This document shows positions 57,233-64,000 of a stretch of 64,000 bases of DNA, in pieces. Every line of letters begins with the position of its first letter. Within the stretch, counting starts at the first letter, position 1. Origin of the DNA: Clostridia bacterium (GTDB lineage: Bacteria > Bacillota > Clostridia > Christensenellales > Borkfalkiaceae); NCBI GenBank assembly GCA_017536205.1, contig JAFXHX010000009.1:1003-65002 (forward strand), written 5' to 3'. A program made the translations under genes and the position numbers. The notes under the pieces were generated by a model, which did not search any database, was not told the DNA's origin, and worked only from the letters and a program-made list of their open reading frames with translations.

Positions 57233-58582
57233 TTATTTACTCTCTTGTTGGTTAGCAGCGTTTTCAGTACCGTGCCATCTACCACCTTGTGCCTTATCAA
57301 CGTCACCTTCAAGAAGTTGTTCGTAGTTTTCGGCAACTTTTCTAAATGCTTTTGAATAAGCGTCGATAATTTCTTTATTAAACTTTTTAAACCAAGGAGC
57401 AGATACGCAATATTTCTTTTCAGATGGGTTAACGGCTTCGTCGTCTTTTCTAACGTCACGGTCGTTGAACGCAATACGGGTTGGCTTACCATTGTTGAAT
57501 AAGTCGAATTCTTTAAAGAACTTGTGGTTGTGTAAGCAGAAGTTTGCGCCTTCCCAAGCACCGAAAGTGCCACTAAACTCTGCAGTTAACGCTTCGCAGA
57601 AACGCTTTGCAGATAAACCACCAAACTTTTCAGGATAGTAAGCAAAGTGTGGAAGGTAATAACCACCCATGTGCGAGCCTTCTTCACGGTTAGGACGAAG
57701 TGGCTTTAAGCCTTCGATATCGGCAAGTGAATCGTAGAAATAGTCCATTGCCTTTCTAATTTCAGCAGTACGTTCGTCAAAGTATTTGAGTTGACCTCTT
57801 GCAAGAACTGAAGATACTTGGTTTGCCCTACCTTTGCAACCACCTAAACCGATGTGGTAGTAACCTTTAATTTCTTCGGCTTCAATAATGTTTTCGGGGC
57901 TATTTTTACCATAGTGACCAAATGCTAACGCACGTTCGTAAAGTCTTCTATCGTCGGTAACAACCATACCAAGTTCGCCTGCAGCAAATACTTTCATACT
58001 CATCATACTCATAGCGGCGATGTGACCAAACGTACCAACTTTTTTGCCTTTGTATAATGAACCGTGTGCGTGCGAGCAGTCTTCAATAACGTAAAGGTTG
58101 TGCTTGTTAGCAATTTCCATAATTCTATCCATATCGCAAGGATAGCCAAGGTAGTGAACTACAACGATTGCCTTAGTTCTTGGAGTAATGCACCTTTCAA
58201 GGTCGTCTGGGTCCATAGAAAGCATATCATTAATGTTGCAGAATACTGCCGATGCGCCAAAGTTAGCCGCTTGCGAAACGCTACCCCAGTAAGTTTTGGT
58301 GGGGCAAATAATTTCGTCGCCAATACCAAGACCGATGGCGAACATTGCTGCAGTTATCGACATAGTACCGTTGGTGTATGCGCAAGCGTACTTTCTGCCA
58401 ATCCATTCAGCGAATTCACTTTCGAACTTTTCAGTTATATCTTCGTAAGAGAACTTGTTAGCCTTAACGACTTCAACAACGTTATCTATATCTTCTTGGG
58501 TGATAATGGGCCACTTAAACATTTCCTCGGGCGCTTTTTCAGTAACAACAGGCGTACCGCCTAAAAGTGCTAATTTTTCCAT
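57233..58582 (-). CDS. DegT/DnrJ/EryC1/StrS family PLP aminotransferase, copy 1
   Basis: LALLGG..P N-terminus, PLP-lysine context SMMSMKVFAAGELG, 449 aa. Confidence 0.82.
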   Translation of the reverse strand: MEKLALLGGTPVVTEKAPEEMFKWPIITQEDIDNVVEVVKANKFSYEDITEKFESEFAEWIGRKYACAYTNGTMSITAAMFAIGLGIGDEIICPTKTYWGSVSQAANFGASAVFCNINDMLSMDPDDLERCITPRTKAIVVVHYLGYPCDMDRIMEIANKHNLYVIEDCSHAHGSLYKGKKVGTFGHIAAMSMMSMKVFAAGELGMVVTDDRRLYERALAFGHYGKNSPENIIEAEEIKGYYHIGLGGCKGRANQVSSVLARGQLKYFDERTAEIRKAMDYFYDSLADIEGLKPLRPNREEGSHMGGYYLPHFAYYPEKFGGLSAKRFCEALTAEFSGTFGAWEGANFCLHNHKFFKEFDLFNNGKPTRIAFNDRDVRKDDEAVNPSEKKYCVSAPWFKKFNKEIIDAYSKAFRKVAENYEQLLEGDVDKAQGGRWHGTENAANQQESK

Positions 58583-58594
58583 ATTTCTCTCCTA

Positions 58595-59509
58595 TTATTC
58601 TTCAATATTTAATAACTTCATCGCGTTGCCACGAACGAATTTGTAGTAATTTTCTTCGCTTATGTACTTGTCTTCTACCATACGGGTAAGGAACTCGTCA
58701 TACTCGAAGGGGTGAACGTTTGTTGCAGCGCAAACGTCTAAACCGAAAAGTACTCTATCAGAGAACTCTTCAATAAACCTTGCAGCGTGGTCTTTATCAC
58801 GCATTAACGCGCCCATGCCACTACCTGCAGACATATCGCAGTAAAGGTTGGGAAGTTCACGAAGCATTTCGGTTACTCTGCCAACGCCCTTTATGGGGGT
58901 AAGTGGCCAACCAAGCCTTATCTCGTCGTCACAGTCGCCAGATATTTCTGCCCAGAAAGTTTGCGAGTGACCAAGTATTTTAAGGTCGGGGTGCTTCTTC
59001 ATCATTTTTTCTAAACGGGGAAGACCTAAATCATCTCTAATTCCGTAGTAACCATATTTATCTTTAATGGTTGCAACGTGAATAGTTACGGGCATATCGC
59101 ACTTAGCACAATGATAAAAAAGGTTATCCATTAAGGGGTCGTCAATAGGCATATGAGCCGTAAGTTCACCAAGACCTTTTGCGCCTAAGTTTTTATAAAA
59201 CATAAGTTGTTCAGACAAATTAGCGTCTGGCCTGTTGCCGTGCGCCCTTGGGTCGACGTTACAAAACCACATAAACCTATCGGGGTGCTTGTCTGAAAGC
59301 AATTTCGCTTCTTGGTTAGTAAGCTGATAAGAGTGAACTTCGGGCGAAACGAGTGGTAAAAGTAAACCTTTTTCAATATTGAGCTTGTCGTATATTGCTA
59401 AAAGTTCATCATCTTGAATCATAGGTGCTAACGAGTTAACCCCGTCTGGACACAAGTGTTTGTACGGTGTAACGTGTGCGTGTATATCAATCTTTTTAAC
59501 TTGCTTCAT
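58595..59509 (-). CDS. amidohydrolase family protein, paralogue 1
   Basis: DIHAH metal motif. 304 aa. SD AAAGGAG. Confidence 0.75.
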   Translation of the reverse strand: MKQVKKIDIHAHVTPYKHLCPDGVNSLAPMIQDDELLAIYDKLNIEKGLLLPLVSPEVHSYQLTNQEAKLLSDKHPDRFMWFCNVDPRAHGNRPDANLSEQLMFYKNLGAKGLGELTAHMPIDDPLMDNLFYHCAKCDMPVTIHVATIKDKYGYYGIRDDLGLPRLEKMMKKHPDLKILGHSQTFWAEISGDCDDEIRLGWPLTPIKGVGRVTEMLRELPNLYCDMSAGSGMGALMRDKDHAARFIEEFSDRVLFGLDVCAATNVHPFEYDEFLTRMVEDKYISEENYYKFVRGNAMKLLNIEE

Positions 59510-59534
59510 AGTTTTCTCCTTTTTACCTACAAAT

Positions 59535-59598
59535 ATTATAGCATTACTAGAAAATATATCAATGGAATATTTTGCTACCTTGTAGCACTATATTGCTA
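59535..59598 (-). promoter_or_regulatory. promoter TTGATA-16-TATAAT plus two 14-nt direct repeats TAGCAA(T/A)ATA.. spaced 21 bp (candidate AraC-type operator)
   Basis: Sense strand reads TAGCAATATAGTGCTAcaagGTAGCAAAATATTCCATTGATA... 36 of 40 nt are identical to 62093-62132, at the same distance from the start codon. Confidence 0.6.
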
Positions 59599-59705
59599 TT
59601 TATTACTATTATATATAGTAATAAGGTTATTATTGTTTTAAAAATAGGGGTAAAACTCCACTTTTACATTAAACTTTATATAGCTTCACTTTTTTTAATA
59701 AAATT

Positions 59706-59736
59706 AAAAAGAACCGATAAAAATCGGTTCTTTTTT
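59706..59736 (-). terminator. intrinsic terminator between the two cassette copies
   Basis: GAACCGAT-aaaa-ATCGGTTC with T-runs. Confidence 0.8.
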
Positions 59737-59755
59737 CGTTTTAGTTAAACGCTAT

Positions 59756-61111
59756 TTATTTTTTCTTTTTTTGTTGGTTAGCAGCGTTTTCAGTACCGTG
59801 CCATCTACCACCTTGTTCTTTATCTATGTCACCTTCAAGAAGTTGTTCGTAGTTTTCAGCAACCTTTCTATAAACTGCAACGTAAGCATCAATACGTTCT
59901 TTATCAAACTTTTTAAACCAAGGAACTGAAATACAATATTTAGTGTTTGATTTATTGATTGATTCGTCAAGCTCACGAACGTCACGGTCAGCAAACTCTA
60001 TACGGGTTGGCTTACCGGTGTTGTATAAGTCGAACGTTTTGAAGAATTCGTGATTATGTAAGCAGAAGTTTGCGCCTTCCCAAGAGAAGAATGCACCGTT
60101 AAACTCTGCTCTTAAAGCTTCACAGAAACGCTTTGCAGATAAACCCTTGAATTCATCGGGATAATAAGCAAATTGTGGGCAATAGTAACCACCCATATGT
60201 GAACCTTCTGCTTCGTTGCAACGAAGGGGCTTTAAGCCTTTAATATCTGCAAGTGAATCGAAGAAGTAGTTCATTGCCTTTCTAATTTCAGCAGAACGTT
60301 CGTCGAAGTGTTTAAGTTGACCTCTAGCGAGCGCTGAAGAAACTTGGTTTGCTCTACCTTTGCAACCACCTAAACCGATGTGATAGTAACCTTTAATTTC
60401 ATCTGCAACTAGAATGTTTTGTTCGTTGTTAAGGTCGTAGTGACCAAACGCTAATGCACGTTCGTAAAGTCTTCTATCGTCGGTAACAACCATACCAAGT
60501 TCGCCTGCAGCAAATACTTTCATACTCATCATACTCATAGCGGCGATGTGACCGAAAGTACCAACTTTTTTGCCTTTGTATAATGAACCGTGTGCGTGCG
60601 AGCAGTCTTCAATAACGTAAAGGTTGTGCTTGTTAGCAATTTCCATAATTCTATCCATATCGCAAGGATAGCCGTGATAGTGAACTACTACGATTGCTTT
60701 AGTTCTTGGAGAGATTAAACGCTCTAAGTCGTCCGGGTCCATAGAAAGCATATCGTTGATGTTGCAGAATACTGCCGAAGCACCAAAGTTAATTGCTTGC
60801 GAAACGCTACCCCAGTAAGTTTTGGTGGGGCAAATAATTTCGTCGCCAATACCAAGACCGATAGCGAACATTGCTGCAGTTATCGACATAGTACCGTTAG
60901 TGTATGCGCAAGCGTACTTTCTGCCAATCCACTCAGCAAATTCATCTTCGAACTTTTTGGTAATGTCCTTACCCGAAAACTTGTTGTTTTCAACGATATC
61001 CATAACTGCATCTTTATCTTCTTGCGTTATGATGGGCCATCTAAAGATTTCTTTATCGGTAGCTAATTCTTGAAAGCTAGGACTGCCACCTAAGAGTGCT
61101 AATTTTTCCAT
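59756..61111 (-). CDS. DegT/DnrJ/EryC1/StrS family PLP aminotransferase, copy 2
   Basis: Paralogue of 57233-58582 with the same motifs. 451 aa. Confidence 0.82.
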   Translation of the reverse strand: MEKLALLGGSPSFQELATDKEIFRWPIITQEDKDAVMDIVENNKFSGKDITKKFEDEFAEWIGRKYACAYTNGTMSITAAMFAIGLGIGDEIICPTKTYWGSVSQAINFGASAVFCNINDMLSMDPDDLERLISPRTKAIVVVHYHGYPCDMDRIMEIANKHNLYVIEDCSHAHGSLYKGKKVGTFGHIAAMSMMSMKVFAAGELGMVVTDDRRLYERALAFGHYDLNNEQNILVADEIKGYYHIGLGGCKGRANQVSSALARGQLKHFDERSAEIRKAMNYFFDSLADIKGLKPLRCNEAEGSHMGGYYCPQFAYYPDEFKGLSAKRFCEALRAEFNGAFFSWEGANFCLHNHEFFKTFDLYNTGKPTRIEFADRDVRELDESINKSNTKYCISVPWFKKFDKERIDAYVAVYRKVAENYEQLLEGDIDKEQGGRWHGTENAANQQKKKK

Positions 61112-61130
61112 ATTTTTTATCTCCTATTTA

Positions 61131-62042
61131 TTATTCAATATTTAATAGTTTAATCGCGTTGCCACGAACAAACTTATAATAATTTTCTTCGCTTATATAC
61201 TTGTCTTCTACCATACGGGTAAGGAACTCTTCATACCTGTATTGATGAGTGTTAGAAGGTGCGCAAACGTCTAAACCGAAAAGCACTCTGTCAGAGAACT
61301 CTTCAATAAACCTTGCAGCGTATTCTTTATCGCGCATTAACGCGTTAAGACCACTGCCTGCAGAAAGGTCGCAGTAAAGGTTGGGAAGTTCACGAAGCAT
61401 TTTTACGATTTTACCGTCGCCTTCAACTTTGCTGTTCGGGTAAATAAACCTAGTTTCTTCGGTAACGTCGTCACCAAGTTCAGACCAAAACATTTGTGAG
61501 TGACCAAGTATTTTAAGGTCGGGGTGCTTATTCATCATTTTTTCTAAGCGTGGAAGATGCAAATCGTCTTTAATGCCGTAGTAACCGTATTGACTGCTCA
61601 TAGGCGCAATGTGAATAGTTACGGGCATATCGCACTTAGCACAATGATAAAAGAAGTTATCCATTAAAGGGTCGTCTGCAGGAATATTAGCGGTTACTTC
61701 GCCAACGCCTTTAGCGCCTAAACCCTTAAAGAACATAAGTTGCTCAGATAGTTCTGCCTTTGGGTTGTGGCCGTAAGCCCTTGGGTCTACGTTACAAAAC
61801 CAAACGAACCTATCAGGGTGCTTATCTGAAAGGAGTTTCGCCTCTGCACTCGTCGTTACGTACGAGTGATATTCAGGGGAAACAAGTGGTAATAAAACGC
61901 CTTTTTCAATATTGAGTTCGTCGTAAATTGCAATAAGTTCGTTATCGTCAACCATAGTGACTTTTGAAAGCATTGCGTTAGGACATAAGTGCTTATAAGG
62001 TGTAATGTGTGCGTGAATGTCTATTTTCTTAACTAGTTTCAT
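61131..62042 (-). CDS. amidohydrolase family protein, paralogue 2
   Basis: DIHAH motif. I prefer the ATG at 62042 (MKLVKKIDIHAH) with an AAGGAG SD. Confidence 0.75.
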   Translation of the reverse strand: MKLVKKIDIHAHITPYKHLCPNAMLSKVTMVDDNELIAIYDELNIEKGVLLPLVSPEYHSYVTTSAEAKLLSDKHPDRFVWFCNVDPRAYGHNPKAELSEQLMFFKGLGAKGVGEVTANIPADDPLMDNFFYHCAKCDMPVTIHIAPMSSQYGYYGIKDDLHLPRLEKMMNKHPDLKILGHSQMFWSELGDDVTEETRFIYPNSKVEGDGKIVKMLRELPNLYCDLSAGSGLNALMRDKEYAARFIEEFSDRVLFGLDVCAPSNTHQYRYEEFLTRMVEDKYISEENYYKFVRGNAIKLLNIE

Positions 62043-62067
62043 AACCCACTCCTTGTTGTCTATAATA

Positions 62068-62132
62068 ATTATAGACATTACTTAAATATATGTCAATGGA
62101 ATATTTTGCTACGTTTTAGCACTATATTGCTA
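62068..62132 (-). promoter_or_regulatory. promoter TTGACA-17-TATAAT plus duplicated direct-repeat operator
   Basis: Sense strand reads TAGCAATATAGTGCTAaaacGTAGCAAAATATTCCATTGACA-17-TATAAT. Confidence 0.6.
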
Positions 62133-62209
62133 CTAGCACCCTTTTAAACGGTTATTTTAATGCCATTTAGTCTTAAAATGCTCCATTTTGCTATTTTTGT
62201 TAAATTAAA

Positions 62210-63070
62210 TTATTTAGAGTTTCTGCTTTTTTTAGGCGATATGCCTTTATGCTTTTTATAGCAACGGCAAAAATAACTTTTATCTTCAAACCCACACTTT
62301 TCGGCGATTGTAGATATTGTTTCGTTGCTATCTTTAAGCATTATGTCCGCAATTTTAAGCCTGTAACTAATTAGGTATTCAACGGGACTAACAGCCATAA
62401 CTTTGTTAAACACACGGCAAAAGTGATACTTGCTGATATTACAAATGTCGGCAAGTTCTTCAATGGTAATTTTTTTGTTAAAGTCGGCGTGTATTTTAGA
62501 AAGCGCAGGCCTTACGATTTCGGCTTGCTTTAAGTTAAGCCCTTCTTTTCTTGATTCGTTGCCGTTAACGTAATCGCGAAGAAGAATTACGAAAAACTCT
62601 AGCATCAACGCGCGAACTACCAAGCGATAATGCTCTGATTTGCGTTGCATTTCATCAAAGGCACGAGATATAAGCGTTTGAAGCCTTTCGTCGTTTTTAA
62701 TTAGGTTGTTAAACTTTTTACCGTCTTCAATTAGTATTTTTCTTAAATCAATCGAATTGCCTATTAAACTGTTAAAATCAACGGCAACTACTATTGAATA
62801 ATATCTTATAGGAGTGTTGTTTATATTAACGTTAGCGTGTATTTCATAGGGGTTAATAACGATTATATCGCCTTTATCGGCGTTATAAATATCGTTGCCT
62901 ATCATAATTTTAGAGCCCGTTTCGTAATAGTATTTAATTTCTATTTCTTCGTGGAACGATTTGGGAAAATTGCTTACTAGTTGGTTTAAAACGACTATTT
63001 TAAAATCGTCGCTTGAAAACTCTATACGCTGACGTTCTGCAACTTGATTTATAGCATCGTTTTTCTTCAT
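62210..63070 (-). CDS. AraC family transcriptional regulator
   Basis: Cupin-like N-terminal domain and AraC HTH C-terminal domain. ATG at 63070 (MKKNDAINQ); the track start is a GTG. Promoter TTGCAT-17-TATAAT at 63101-63129. Confidence 0.82.
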   Translation of the reverse strand: MKKNDAINQVAERQRIEFSSDDFKIVVLNQLVSNFPKSFHEEIEIKYYYETGSKIMIGNDIYNADKGDIIVINPYEIHANVNINNTPIRYYSIVVAVDFNSLIGNSIDLRKILIEDGKKFNNLIKNDERLQTLISRAFDEMQRKSEHYRLVVRALMLEFFVILLRDYVNGNESRKEGLNLKQAEIVRPALSKIHADFNKKITIEELADICNISKYHFCRVFNKVMAVSPVEYLISYRLKIADIMLKDSNETISTIAEKCGFEDKSYFCRCYKKHKGISPKKSRNSK

Positions 63071-63164
63071 TAAAGCCACCCTTGTAATTTTATTACTATT
63101 ATTATAACAAAACTAACGTGTATATGCAATAAAAAAAGCAATTTTGTGCTATTTTTTAACAAAA

Positions 63165-63188
63165 AAGCAAGGCAATCGCCTTGCTTTT
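63165..63188 (-). terminator. intrinsic terminator
   Basis: GCAAGGC-aatc-GCCTTGC plus a T-run. The stem is the same as in the terminator at 2572-2599. Confidence 0.75.
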
Positions 63189-63190
63189 AA

Positions 63191-64000
63191 TTATTTGTTA
63201 ACAACGTTTTGTGGGTTACCGTTTATAAAGCACTCTACGTTTTTAGCCGCAACGTTTACAAGGCGTTGGCGAGTTTCTTTACCTGCCCAAGCAACGTGTG
63301 GAGTAATATAGCAGTTTTCTATGCCGAAAAGTGGGCAGTTATCTTGCATAGGCTCAACCCTAATAACGTCGTGGCACGAAGCCCTAATAACTCCGTTTTT
63401 AAGTGCCAACGCCAAAGCGTTTTCGTCAATAAGCCCACCGCGAGCAGTGTTAACAAGTATAGCCGACTTTTTCATCATAGAAAGAGTTGTTTCGTTAATT
63501 AAGTTTTCGCTATCTTTAGAAAGTGGAAGGTGAAGCGATAACCAGTCGCTACGTTTAAACACTTCTTCGCGCGAAACGAACTCATATTCACTTTCTTTTT
63601 TAGTGCGTGAGTTTATTATAACTTTCATACCGAGCGCAGTTGCAATTTCGGCAACGCGTTTACCGATAGTTCCAAAACCTATAATTCCAAGTGTTTTGCC
63701 TGATACTTCGCTAATATCGTATGGGTAATAGCAAAAGTTTTTGCACTTTTTCCAGTCGCCGTCGTTTACCGACTGAATATATTTTCCAAGTGAGGTTGCC
63801 GTGTATAAAATAAAGGCTATGGTTGACTGTGCAACCCCTTCAGTTGAGTAAGCGGGAACGTTGCAAACGGTTATTCCACGCTCTTTTGCGGCATCTATAT
63901 CTATATTATTATAGCCCGTTGCAAAAGTACCTATATATTTAAGGTTTTTGCACTCGTCCATAACTTTAGCGGTAATAAGGGTTTTGTTAACGATAACCCC
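63191..64000 (-). CDS. D-isomer-specific 2-hydroxyacid dehydrogenase, N-terminus beyond window
   Basis: NAD motif GIIGFGTIGKRVA, plus NTARGG and TPHVAW. The reading frame stays open to position 64000. Confidence 0.85.
   Translation of the reverse strand, partial: GVIVNKTLITAKVMDECKNLKYIGTFATGYNNIDIDAAKERGITVCNVPAYSTEGVAQSTIAFILYTATSLGKYIQSVNDGDWKKCKNFCYYPYDISEVSGKTLGIIGFGTIGKRVAEIATALGMKVIINSRTKKESEYEFVSREEVFKRSDWLSLHLPLSKDSENLINETTLSMMKKSAILVNTARGGLIDENALALALKNGVIRASCHDVIRVEPMQDNCPLFGIENCYITPHVAWAGKETRQRLVNVAAKNVECFINGNPQNVVNK

Noticed and set aside
58064-58564. Long antisense or shadow ORFs inside confirmed genes (for example 58064-58564, 60797-61066, 19169-19498, 7763-7945, 27052-27372, 40522-40839)
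   Set aside because: They lie opposite well-supported genes, have low-complexity or biased composition, and lack SD sites. The 58064 and 60797 pair is conserved only because the underlying aminotransferase genes are duplicated.

Overview
This is a low-GC, Firmicutes/Clostridia-like chromosomal window. Supporting signs are the AddAB genes, a spoIVFA/spoIVFB-like pair, a T-box leader and crisp bidirectional intrinsic terminators. It is densely coded, mostly on the minus strand. Housekeeping genes occupy roughly 1-49 kb: ABC transporters, addB/addA, glyQS, glnS, bioY-birA, copA-like ATPase, ABC-F, permeases, ppx, trmO, pdxK with a MocR regulator, T-box-controlled trpB2, cysK and one tRNA-Gln(CTG). 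An AraC-controlled accessory sugar/amine catabolic island occupies roughly 49.5-64 kb. It contains a tandemly duplicated amidohydrolase + DegT-type aminotransferase cassette with its promoter/operator. No CRISPR array, cas gene, transposase, integrase, reverse transcriptase or rRNA was seen. The most unusual signal is a family of three related, structured, terminator-capped intergenic elements. E1 lies at 18.4 kb; E2 and E3 lie in tandem at 34.7-35.15 kb. They show compensatory stem changes, an internal 63-nt duplication and short terminal inverted repeats, and two of them abut the stop codons of glyQS and ppx. I cannot assign them to a known RNA or mobile-element family by eye. Other points: a recurrent consensus promoter-N6-ATG geometry suggesting leaderless mRNAs; a frameshift-split addB; a split half-size TSUP transporter pair; a MocR regulator lacking the PLP lysine; and tRNA-3'-end-like direct repeats next to tRNA-Gln. 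All calls come from manual reading and motif recognition, with no database search.
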